Assembly (NCBI GenBank): GCA_016699795.1
Contig: CP065011.1
Span: forward strand, 418,474-482,473
Direction of reading: 5' to 3'
Origin: Candidatus Moraniibacteriota bacterium
GTDB taxonomy: Bacteria > Patescibacteriota > Minisyncoccia > Moranbacterales > GCA-2747515
Length of the DNA: 64,000 nt
Shown here piece by piece: positions 1 through 8,992 of this stretch (position 1 is the first letter of the stretch; every line of letters begins with the position of its first letter). A program made the translations under genes and the position numbers. Below the pieces are notes generated by a model. It had not been told where the DNA came from and searched no databases. It was given only the letters and a program-made list of their open reading frames with translations.

Positions 1-240
1 AGAATAAATAAAAGCTACAAGGTTATTATCTTTCATATTTCAATATTAACACACTATTTAATTATAATTTTGAGTGGATAGGGAGAATTTATCGCATCAC
101 TCGTTCGCCGTCATTCATTTACTCCTTACTCGCGGCAACGCCAAATGTTCATCCGCATTTATTGGCATTTGCTGTAAAAAATCTCTACTGAGCTTTTTCT
201 AGCTCACTGCCACCGAGTTCAATTCTCCCTACCACAAAAC

Positions 241-273
241 AAAAAACTCCCCTAATGAATGGGGAGCTTTTTG
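241..273. terminator. Bidirectional rho-independent terminator-like hairpin (ctcccc..ggggag) flanked by A-run and T-run
   Basis: Stem ctcccc 247-252 pairs with ggggag 261-266, followed by ttttt. A poly-A run precedes it, so it can act on either strand. It lies just downstream of the minus-strand HEPN-like gene. Confidence 0.55.
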
Positions 274-343
274 AAATTTTGAGCTGGCTTGTCCATGCGG
301 TTAGGACCGAATTCATGGAAGGAGTCTCCTGTAAATCCCCTGT

Positions 344-748
344 TTAGACCATTAGTTTGAGGATGATGTTGAGACATGGAGTACAGATGCTATTGAAAAT
401 TGCCTCGGCAGTCTCTTCGTCGTTAACCGGATACAACAAGCCATCTATTTCGAACTGGTTCTCGTGGAAATTTGAATGCATATACATGTTTCGATACTCT
501 CGAACCCTATGCAATGTTTCCGCTTCACTCTCAGCAATCAAACTGTCCTTTTTGGCCTTATTGATTATAACATTCAAGGTGTCTTCGTCTTTTGAATCTG
601 TAGCCCACCGCAAAACTTGTTCCAGAAGCATAAATAACGAAGCAATTGCCGGATACCATTTTTCTTCTTTGGCACAGCAATACATCTGAGAGACAATCCA
701 GCCTATGGCGCGATCTTTATTTGCTATATTGTTGATGATGTCATTCAT
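344..748 (-). CDS. Small hypothetical protein, candidate HEPN-domain RNase (R-N-x3-H motif)
   Basis: 134-aa ORF, predicted alpha-helical. 'RNMYMH' matches the HEPN R-[NHQ]-x3-H / Rx4-6H signature. It is the last gene of the co-directional island. Confidence 0.45.
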   Translation of the reverse strand: MNDIINNIANKDRAIGWIVSQMYCCAKEEKWYPAIASLFMLLEQVLRWATDSKDEDTLNVIINKAKKDSLIAESEAETLHRVREYRNMYMHSNFHENQFEIDGLLYPVNDEETAEAIFNSICTPCLNIILKLMV

Positions 749-769
749 TTTAGAAAAGATGCCGCCTTT

Positions 770-1744
770 TTAATTGGGCTTATAAATAAAATATTTCTCC
801 GCTATCTTGTTCCACTTTTTATCATTAAGGACATTCCTGTACGGGTTTTTGATGATTATCGGGTGGTAACCAGTCCGAGCCATTCCATTTCTGTCTACCA
901 AGTAGATAAAGTATTCTCCATTCTTCACTTTAGCAACATCAATTTCATTTCTTGTCCAAAAAAAAGTAGGTTCCCCTATATAGCTTTTAACTTCTATAAA
1001 TCTATCCGGAGTACTTGAAACTACCGATTCAAATGAAACTATGTCATATCCGGCAGAAACATCATAATCGGATATTTTTTCAATTTCTGGACTTTTCTGT
1101 TCGCCCAATCTCAACCTCTCGAACCCTAACACAAAATTTTCCGCCAACTCACCGTTAATCCTGTTTTCTTCAAGCTGTCGATATAAATCTTCTGCCGTCA
1201 ACTTTCTTCTTTTTAGGCTTGGTAGCACAGACGAATCGAAAATATCCCTATATTCACCATTAACAACCAACTTACTGGCATTGATGTCTAAACTAGGAAT
1301 CAAAAAATTGAAATCAATGAGCAATTGCTTGAATTTCGAATATTTCAAACGAAAGGCAGAATTCTTTATCTGTATATTTCTATGAACCACATCGTACGAA
1401 AAATTTTCAGGAATGAATATTTCTTTAAAAGCAGAGTCTTTTTCCAATTCGGAAAACGCTTTTTTCAATATTTTAATACGCAGATACTCTTCGCTTTTTA
1501 AATTTGCCAAAAAGGAATCGCCGATAATTATCGCCCCATTTTTTGCAATATTGATTATGTTGATTGCCTCAAGGAACGGGACACAACCGTCAAATACAGT
1601 CCGGCCATCAATCAGACGGTTACGTAAATATTCATCAATGCCAACAGTATTCCATCTTCCCTTGCGTGCATCAAATTGGTTGAATAATTCCCAAAATAAT
1701 TTCGGAGTACCGAGGTTTTCATATTTACTGAGTTCTTTTAGCAT
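770..1744 (-). CDS. DUF3883-like (restriction-endonuclease-fold, PD-(D/E)xK) domain protein
   Basis: The C-terminal 'DRFIEVKSY...FFWTRNEIDVAKVKNGEYFIYLVD' looks like DUF3883, a domain often fused C-terminally to SNF2 helicases. Its start overlaps the SNF2 gene by 20 nt. Confidence 0.55.
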   Translation of the reverse strand: MLKELSKYENLGTPKLFWELFNQFDARKGRWNTVGIDEYLRNRLIDGRTVFDGCVPFLEAINIINIAKNGAIIIGDSFLANLKSEEYLRIKILKKAFSELEKDSAFKEIFIPENFSYDVVHRNIQIKNSAFRLKYSKFKQLLIDFNFLIPSLDINASKLVVNGEYRDIFDSSVLPSLKRRKLTAEDLYRQLEENRINGELAENFVLGFERLRLGEQKSPEIEKISDYDVSAGYDIVSFESVVSSTPDRFIEVKSYIGEPTFFWTRNEIDVAKVKNGEYFIYLVDRNGMARTGYHPIIIKNPYRNVLNDKKWNKIAEKYFIYKPN

Positions 1745-3698
1745 AATTATCCAATAAAGCTTTGATTAAGTCCGTTTCATCCGAATCATCAATTCTGGAA
1801 AACAGAGGGATATCCTCGTCTATTATTTTTTCCATCCGTTCAACCTTAATGTGGAGTTGCCGATCAATAACCTCGTCAATCGAATCCTCGGATAATATGT
1901 AATAATAATTGGTTTCCTGGTCAGCAGGCAAGCCGACCCGATGTATCCTATCTTTGGACTGTAAGAAATTAGAGCAATTATAATCCCTTTCCATGTATAC
2001 GGCGTTATGACATCCTTTATGCAAAGAGATGGATTCAGCGACGGCGAAAGGATTGGCGATAACTACCCGAAACTCAGTATTGAGTGGGTCATTAAATTTT
2101 TTGATGATATTCTCACGCTCCACCTGCCCCGTCTCCCCGATAAGAAGCTCGGAATTTATTCCTTGTTTAGATAATAAATCCTTAAATTGCTTCGCGTTTT
2201 GCACAAATATGGTCCAAACCAAAATTTTCTCGTTTTGTTTAATCTTTTCCTTCAACAAATCCAATATGCTGGAAAATTTACTCGGTGTCTCCGATTTCAT
2301 ATACAGACTTATTTTTGATAGTATTTCAGAATCATCCTGAAACTCATCCGGCATTTTATTTCCAGAAAAAGTCCTACCGTCAAAATCATCGCTTTCCAGG
2401 GTTTCCTTAATTGGCTTCATGAGTAAAGAGGGGTTGGTCGAGGCTTGCCGCAACCTTATCAATTTAGCCTTATTCAAGATGTCCTTTATGGTTGCCGAGT
2501 TACTTTTTTGGAATGATTTGATGTACTTCGTTTCAATGAAATCATAAATTTTCCTTTGTTCTTTTCCCATTTCTACATGGATAATCGTTTCTTTTACCGG
2601 GGGGAGTTTCAGGTCAGACTTTTTTATTCTAATGAAGTATGGCGATATGTTAGCAGTGAATTTTTTTACTCGCTCGCTGTCAGGCTCGCTATTTTTAGTC
2701 ATATCAACCAGATTGCCATAATGAAATTTTAATATATCTTTGAACTTAAAGGGATATATAAACTGATACAAATTATACAGGTCTTCATATCCGTTTGGAA
2801 CGGGAGTACCCGTTAAAACTACCTTCGACTTTGCTTCTTTCGCGATGTTGATGACGCTCTTGCCCCACACGCCTTCAGGATTTTTTATCCTATGCGCTTC
2901 ATCTACGACCAACATAGTCTTGTGCTTCTTTAAGAAATCGACAATTTCATGCTGTAGGCCGTCAACGCCGCCATGAAATATAAGGGTTATTTCACAGGGA
3001 TTGCCCGAATACAGATGCTGCTCCTTATGGCTTCTTGATATACTGCTATCCCCAGAAAGTCTTTGCACTTGGGCTTTTTTGCCAAAACACTCTTCGTACT
3101 CATTTTCCCAAGGCGCAAAAGCAGACAGGGGGCTGATTACCATAAGCTTATCTACATGCTTAGGATCTTCTTTTGGTAAGTTTTTTAAATATGCGTAGGC
3201 TCCATATACAATTGAGGTTTTGCCGGCACCGGGAACTGCAAAGTTACAAGCATTTTGTGCAAAAGCCATGTGGTACGCCGATAACAATTGCAAGGGGTAT
3301 AGCTTTCTAGTTAATTCCCTTTTAACAACCGACTGAAAGTGATCAAAATCAGAAACAAGTTCCGGATTGTCTTTGAATTCATTGTTCCTTATCTTCCTAG
3401 CTTTTTGTGAAAATACATCGAAGTTCTTCTGCTCACGATGATAACTGTCTACTGATTTTTGAGTCTCATCGGACATGCTCTCCTTTATGCCGAATTTTTC
3501 AAAAAGTTCGTTTATTTCCCCCAACACATCTATTTTTCTCCCATCTTCAAAAGGTACGGACAACAAGTCTTCCTTCAATGCATAGTGCAGTCGCCTAAAA
3601 GAAAACAGAAGCCTCCTGTTGGTCAAGATGCTACTTATGTCACCGCTTATCACATACCTCAAATTTTCCTCATCCAAATGGATTTCGATATTACCCAT
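1725..3698 (-). CDS. SNF2-family (SWI2/SNF2) helicase/ATPase
   Basis: Walker A 'VPGAGKTS', 'VVDEAHRIKN' (DEAH box), 'VLTGTPVPNG' (motif III), C-terminal 'QSKDRIHRVG' (motif VI). The N-terminal ~130 aa have no recognised domain. Confidence 0.85.
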   Translation of the reverse strand: MGNIEIHLDEENLRYVISGDISSILTNRRLLFSFRRLHYALKEDLLSVPFEDGRKIDVLGEINELFEKFGIKESMSDETQKSVDSYHREQKNFDVFSQKARKIRNNEFKDNPELVSDFDHFQSVVKRELTRKLYPLQLLSAYHMAFAQNACNFAVPGAGKTSIVYGAYAYLKNLPKEDPKHVDKLMVISPLSAFAPWENEYEECFGKKAQVQRLSGDSSISRSHKEQHLYSGNPCEITLIFHGGVDGLQHEIVDFLKKHKTMLVVDEAHRIKNPEGVWGKSVINIAKEAKSKVVLTGTPVPNGYEDLYNLYQFIYPFKFKDILKFHYGNLVDMTKNSEPDSERVKKFTANISPYFIRIKKSDLKLPPVKETIIHVEMGKEQRKIYDFIETKYIKSFQKSNSATIKDILNKAKLIRLRQASTNPSLLMKPIKETLESDDFDGRTFSGNKMPDEFQDDSEILSKISLYMKSETPSKFSSILDLLKEKIKQNEKILVWTIFVQNAKQFKDLLSKQGINSELLIGETGQVERENIIKKFNDPLNTEFRVVIANPFAVAESISLHKGCHNAVYMERDYNCSNFLQSKDRIHRVGLPADQETNYYYILSEDSIDEVIDRQLHIKVERMEKIIDEDIPLFSRIDDSDETDLIKALLDNYAKRTQ

Positions 3699-3703
3699 AA
3701 ATA

Positions 3704-5080
3704 TTATCCGCCAAGTTCCTTCTTCATATCAAAAGTAGTTTTGTTTATAAGGGTTACCTTGTCGAGGAGCGATTTCTCCGGTTGCTTTCCCTTTTTATTT
3801 AAGTTTACTTTTGCAAGCAAATAAATGATGTGATCAAGCAAACTTTCAGGAGATGTCTTAATCAACATATCCGTCGTCATTTTGTTCAATTCCAGAACCT
3901 CATTCATGACTTCTGGTTCAGCAAAAGCTTTGTGTTTTTGGTCGATGGACTCAATCGCTCTCTTTGCGGAATTAATGAGCTTGGCCGGCTCATCGGCTGC
4001 TTGGCGATTACGGAGCCATTGGTAATGCGTATCTATGTTTTCATTAAGAAATTTGGCTGATTCTTTGGTAAACTTATCATCCCTTGCATCCAAATGTGCC
4101 TCAAGGTTTTCCGAATCATAATCAATTTTTTCTTCTTCGTCACTTATTGGATCCACATGTTCGAAATGGAAATCCCTGAAATCTTTCCATATCTTTTCAT
4201 CACCGAAAAAGTGACTTTCTTTTCGCCCGTAAGCTATATTCCTAAATTTTTTGCCTTCGTACCTTGCACGGATGTAATCAAAAGAAATCATTTTCAGATC
4301 ATCGACGTCACTGGATTTGTATCCATCAAAAGCGTCCGCACTCCCTCTTGAGACGTTTTCGAATTTTTTTATCCATTTTGTAAGATTTATGAATTGATCC
4401 TCTCTTCCGTCCAATTGGGTATATATTCCATCATATTGCAAGTATTGCAGGTAGTCATCCATTATTTTCATCACCTCCAAATATTCCTTTACAGTAGTTT
4501 CGCTTTCACCCATCCAATTGGCTATTTTGTCCACACTAACCTTCCTTTGATGGAGTCCTTTGGCTTTTAGATATTTTTCAACAGGATTATAACCCAGCTT
4601 TTCATCTTCGCCCATCTGGTACAATGTTTCGAGTTTTTCGATTTCCAAGGGGTCTTCTTCCAATGTGACGGGCAAAACCACTGCCTTAAAATAATCTTTT
4701 TTCAGCTTGTTCAAGAGCATGACTCTTCTGTTCCCATCTATAACTATTCCATCCCGTGTGATGATTCCAACTTTTTCTTGACCATATTTCTCTATACTTT
4801 CTTCAGTTTTCTTATTCCGGTCAGGCTTTGACTCCCAAAGTAATTTTTCGATACGGCGTCTGCCGTCTTCGCTTTCCACATCAATCTCATGCTTCTGGCT
4901 TTCAAGAGATTTTGTTCTGCTCAATATTCGCCCGTTATATTTATTGTAAACCAGGTATGCCAAGGGGATTTTAAACACTGGCATCAATTCCAGTTTCTCC
5001 TTCCAAGGGATTTCCTGCTTACTGAACGGTTCCAGTTTTGATACTTCACCTATCTTTTTAATGCGGTTTTCTTTTTCCAT
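3704..5080 (-). CDS. ParB/sulfiredoxin-like N-terminal domain protein (DGNRR motif) with probable HTH
   Basis: 'GIITRDGIVIDGNRRVMLL' resembles the ParB 'GERRxRA', DndB 'DGQHR' and DUF262 'DGQQR' nucleotide-binding motifs. The downstream 'VSVDKIANWMGESETTVKEYLEV' is HTH-like. The 250-aa C-terminus is unassigned. Confidence 0.55.
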   Translation of the reverse strand: MEKENRIKKIGEVSKLEPFSKQEIPWKEKLELMPVFKIPLAYLVYNKYNGRILSRTKSLESQKHEIDVESEDGRRRIEKLLWESKPDRNKKTEESIEKYGQEKVGIITRDGIVIDGNRRVMLLNKLKKDYFKAVVLPVTLEEDPLEIEKLETLYQMGEDEKLGYNPVEKYLKAKGLHQRKVSVDKIANWMGESETTVKEYLEVMKIMDDYLQYLQYDGIYTQLDGREDQFINLTKWIKKFENVSRGSADAFDGYKSSDVDDLKMISFDYIRARYEGKKFRNIAYGRKESHFFGDEKIWKDFRDFHFEHVDPISDEEEKIDYDSENLEAHLDARDDKFTKESAKFLNENIDTHYQWLRNRQAADEPAKLINSAKRAIESIDQKHKAFAEPEVMNEVLELNKMTTDMLIKTSPESLLDHIIYLLAKVNLNKKGKQPEKSLLDKVTLINKTTFDMKKELGG

Positions 5081-5090
5081 ATGCTTAATA

Positions 5091-6791
5091 TTAATAAACC
5101 AATTTTAATAAACCATACATAGCCATGATTTGGGCGAGAGGAACGGTTTCTTTTGGAAAAAAACCGTTGGTCTCAATGTACTTGAAATAGTTATCATATA
5201 AATTGATTGAGTCTGCCATCCCCTTGACTATCAATACTGGATTATTCTTATTGCTGAGGAATAAGTCATCCTCGTATGCCTTTTGCAAATCCTTTTTTGT
5301 GGCGATGTTTTTTATAGATTTTTTGTACTCATTGGAACAAGACAGATTTTCGTCAAGAATTTTTTCTATAATTGGCAAGCTCTTTTCATCCAATATCTTT
5401 ACCTTATGGTCATCTCCTGTACCGAAAAATACGCCCACATGCCACGATTTGGCGATGCTTTCATCTTTTCTGTCAGGATGATAGTTCATAAGATCAACTG
5501 TCATGTTTCCTAACTTCAATGGATGTCTACGGAAAAGAGCGTTTTTATTTCTTTTGCGCGGATTGTCAAACTTGTTTTCTGTAAATGTATTCAGATTGTT
5601 CACCTTCTTGTAATTTTCAGAAAGTTCCGAAAAATCGATTTTATCGTGACTGATCTCTCCCAATCCCATTTTTTTCCTGATAGTTTTGGCTAATGAATTC
5701 CCCATATGGGGGCAAACGGCGTTTCCTACTTGTTTCCACTTGATACCCTCGGAACCTACAAATTGGTACACATAAGGAAATCCCATAAGACAAGCGATTT
5801 CCCTTATAGTAGGCGCCCTGTATTCCCCGTCGCCCTTCCTGTTGTATTCCGACTTATAAATTAGAGCTTCCCGTGAACTTGCAGACTTTGTAGCTAGTAT
5901 GGTCCTGCTAGGCCTGTCTTCGTTCTCAGGGAATGACATCTTTCCCATAAAAGGATGATTCGTCTTTAAATATTCAGCTTTTTCCCATTCAAGTTTGTAA
6001 ATGCCAGAATCATAAAAGTGATCGGATATCTTTTCTGCCTCCAAAGTTATGCTAGGATAATTAGGATCCGTCCATTTGTTTTTTTTGTTTTTATCATTAG
6101 GCTTTGGTATGTTTTTCTTTATTTCTTGTAATTTGATATTGATCTTTTTCGCGCTTTCAGGTCTTAAGAATTCGTTTGTCTTAACCCATTCGCCTGCCAC
6201 AAACCTTTCCCTGCCTTGCGGAGCGCCAAAGTCCTTTGAGTTGAAAAATCCCCCATTCGTAGTCACCGCTATATCATCAGGTTTTTTACCGATTGTCAAC
6301 GACCATTTACCAAGGTTCAGATCTTTGAAACTGTATTTGATTTTCACGTGTGTTCGAGATTGTGGAACATTTTCCATATACCACGCCTTTAGCGTAGAGT
6401 CAGCCTCGTGTTTTTTCACGGCCACAACCCTCAAATATGCTTCAATCAACCTTATACCATGGGTTTTGTCAGCCTTGCCGGCCTTATTCGACATAGAAAA
6501 CGAAACACAGGACGGACTGCCAATCAATACTTCTGCCGGAGGCAACTTGTTGATTTCAGAAACATCCCCGGAAGATTTACCCCAAAAATCCAGGACGTTT
6601 TTTGTGGTATCTTTTAGGCCGTGATTTAGGTTATGCGTATCGATAGCAGGCTGCCAATTATCAACTCCCATTATCACATCAAATCCTTGCTGTCTGAATC
6701 CTTCGGAGAATCCGCCAGCACCGCAAAAGAAATCAATTACTCTAATCTTTTTGTTTTTCATAATGCAAGATGTATGATTAAATTTATCCAA
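5091..6791 (-). CDS. DNA (cytosine-5)-methyltransferase with ~190-aa C-terminal extension
   Basis: Motif I 'DFFCGAGGFSEGF', motif IV 'GSPSCVSFS' (catalytic Cys), motif VI 'YMENVPQ', motif X-like 'GNAVCPHMGNSLA'. The C-terminal ~190 aa are unassigned. The true start may be the internal Met of 'MKNKKIRVIDFF'. Confidence 0.85.
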   Translation of the reverse strand: MDKFNHTSCIMKNKKIRVIDFFCGAGGFSEGFRQQGFDVIMGVDNWQPAIDTHNLNHGLKDTTKNVLDFWGKSSGDVSEINKLPPAEVLIGSPSCVSFSMSNKAGKADKTHGIRLIEAYLRVVAVKKHEADSTLKAWYMENVPQSRTHVKIKYSFKDLNLGKWSLTIGKKPDDIAVTTNGGFFNSKDFGAPQGRERFVAGEWVKTNEFLRPESAKKINIKLQEIKKNIPKPNDKNKKNKWTDPNYPSITLEAEKISDHFYDSGIYKLEWEKAEYLKTNHPFMGKMSFPENEDRPSRTILATKSASSREALIYKSEYNRKGDGEYRAPTIREIACLMGFPYVYQFVGSEGIKWKQVGNAVCPHMGNSLAKTIRKKMGLGEISHDKIDFSELSENYKKVNNLNTFTENKFDNPRKRNKNALFRRHPLKLGNMTVDLMNYHPDRKDESIAKSWHVGVFFGTGDDHKVKILDEKSLPIIEKILDENLSCSNEYKKSIKNIATKKDLQKAYEDDLFLSNKNNPVLIVKGMADSINLYDNYFKYIETNGFFPKETVPLAQIMAMYGLLKLVY

Positions 6792-7305
6792 AATTAACTG
6801 CGACCTATTCCAATACCAGTCTAACAGTTATTTCATTTTGGATCAACTTTTAAACAACAGCATCGTTTTTTGTCTTTATTTCTTCCTTCATTCTATCGGC
6901 AAAGGACCATAAAGTAAAGGAAAACTGATGTTATAGGGGTCTTTTTGCTTAATAAACCCAACCCATCACAGAAATTGATTAAAAATCAAATAAATCAAAG
7001 TAGAACGAGTTCACAGGATTGGTTAAAAACCAAAAAAACCTTTGAGCAGGTAGCATTTTTTGCTTTACTTAAAACCTTCTTTGAACGGCAAGGTGCCGTA
7101 GAAGTGGTCGTTTAATCAATATTTATCAAATAACTCATACCAGAGATCTGAAAATGCCCTCTTTTCTGAGTTCATTGCTCATCCCTCGGACCCCGATTTC
7201 ATCCTGAGAGCATACTTTGTCATATCAGCCATATGCTTTTATGGCTTTTGCTTTTCCGTGCGACTCTGGATGTCTGGTGATTCGAGAAGCAAAAAACTGC
7301 ATAAT

Positions 7306-7716
7306 TTATCCGATGACGAATGGGCTTAGGATTTTTATGTGCTCCGATTGCAGATATCGGTAACTGTATCCGTTTTTCATTTTCCAAGATTTGCTATTTT
7401 TTATTGACCTGATAAATTTTTTCAGAATTTTGTCATGGTTGTATAGATACCACCCATCGTTCTTCTTGTCGTGAAAACAAATGAATATCTTTTTTCCCAG
7501 GTATTTCTTTTCAAAAGTTAGCCGTCCCTTAAGCTGAACCTTGAGATATTTTTCCCCGTCAAAGCTAATAGCAATAAAATCTGCACCCATCCAGTCGTCA
7601 GAAAGTTTAACGGTCGTATATCCATATTCGGCGAAGATGGCCGAGGCTTTTTGAAAGTTATATATTTCTTTCTGCCTAGCATTGAGATCGCTATATTTTA
7701 TTTTTTCCTTCAACAT
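7306..7716 (-). CDS. Hypothetical protein (possible nuclease-like fold, unassigned)
   Basis: 136-aa ORF. 'DFIAISFDGEKYLKVQLKGR' is weakly PD-(D/E)xK-like. No firm assignment. Confidence 0.35.
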   Translation of the reverse strand: MLKEKIKYSDLNARQKEIYNFQKASAIFAEYGYTTVKLSDDWMGADFIAISFDGEKYLKVQLKGRLTFEKKYLGKKIFICFHDKKNDGWYLYNHDKILKKFIRSIKNSKSWKMKNGYSYRYLQSEHIKILSPFVIG

Positions 7717-7963
7717 AAAAGCGACCTAAATCGATTAGATCGCCGAGAAGTTTCCGCTTGAGTGGACGACCCGGCGGAACTCACAGTCAAGAGAACACCA
7801 AGTGCCTCTATTGTGTGCACCGAATCGCCCGCTAAAAGGCGCAATAGAGACAAGCATGGCTTGTTTTCTTGATGTTTATTTGACTGTGAGTTCTATTATA
7901 AAATACACCCAAACAAAGCGTAATGCAACTTGCGAATTGTCCTGTTTATGAGAGAATGGGTGC

Positions 7964-8938
7964 ATGGAAAATCAATCGGTAAAAATCGTATTCAATGAAT
8001 TTCAAACTGATCTGCTGATAGGTTTTTTTAGCGACCTTGAAAAACTCAGATTTAAGAATCAGAACAATAGAACGGTTAGCATAAACCCAAATAAACACGA
8101 CGGCAGCTGGGTTTTTGACATGGATCCTTACGTACCCGCCATCAATGAGGCTTTCTCTCAAAATTTAGGAAAAATAAAGTATTTTGACCGACTAATTGAA
8201 GGGTTCAGCTCTTCCAATCTTTATCCGATTGTTAAAAGCAAAGACTCAATAACCGATTGCATAGAAAAACTTTCCCAAAAATACGGGCTGACAAAAATAC
8301 CCCTAATCTACACCACCGTTTTATTTCCATCCAAAGACAACCTTCCCGCCTTGGTCTGGGCTGAATTGTCTAGCATTGGATGTTTTGAAGAAAAATATTT
8401 TGGACATATCGATTTTATAAACGCCGTCTTGGAATTAAAAAAAGAAAAAAATATTGAAATAAAAGGTTTTGAAATAATGAATTTAGACGGGGCGGGTTTC
8501 ACATTTAAAATTATCTTGGCGCTAAAAAAAGAATTGGGAACCCACTCAGAAAATAAATTGTCTGACGCATATGAAATTTCGATCAAAGACAGGGAGATTT
8601 GGATTAATAACACATACCTTATCGGCAAACCTCACGGAGCTGGCAGCAACATGGAATTTTTCAGTTTTTTATTTGAACACCCAAATAAGTTTTTTAGAAA
8701 AAGTGAACTACCAGATGGAATTAAAAATGAAATAAAATCAAAAAAATTCTCAAAAATATTAAACAGTTTGGGTTTTAAAGGTGAAATATTAAAGGCATTC
8801 TTTCCGAAGAGAAGCACTAAGACGGGGTTATTGTTCAATAAAGTAATTTCCGATAAGGATATTGAAGAAAGAGGCATTAAAAAAGAAATATTTTTGAGGG
8901 AATTGGAGTTAGCTAACATAAGGAATAATCCAAAATAG
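7964..8938 (+). CDS. Hypothetical protein
   Basis: 324-aa ORF preceded by a structured intergenic region. No recognisable motifs. Confidence 0.5.
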   Translation: MENQSVKIVFNEFQTDLLIGFFSDLEKLRFKNQNNRTVSINPNKHDGSWVFDMDPYVPAINEAFSQNLGKIKYFDRLIEGFSSSNLYPIVKSKDSITDCIEKLSQKYGLTKIPLIYTTVLFPSKDNLPALVWAELSSIGCFEEKYFGHIDFINAVLELKKEKNIEIKGFEIMNLDGAGFTFKIILALKKELGTHSENKLSDAYEISIKDREIWINNTYLIGKPHGAGSNMEFFSFLFEHPNKFFRKSELPDGIKNEIKSKKFSKILNSLGFKGEILKAFFPKRSTKTGLLFNKVISDKDIEERGIKKEIFLRELELANIRNNPK

Positions 8939-8992
8939 TTCCATTTAGTTCCATATTCCATAAAAATTTTCGGAAAGAGTCATACTGCAAGT

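Noticed and set aside
6792-7300. Searched for a left attachment site (repeat of the tRNA-Gly 3' end) in the AT-rich region upstream of the MTase and at 190-240 ('gagttcaattctccc')
   Set aside because: No convincing match to GGTTCGATTCCGCTCACCCGC was found. The T-loop-like string at 200-225 belongs to a different sequence. The element's left end is therefore probably outside the window.
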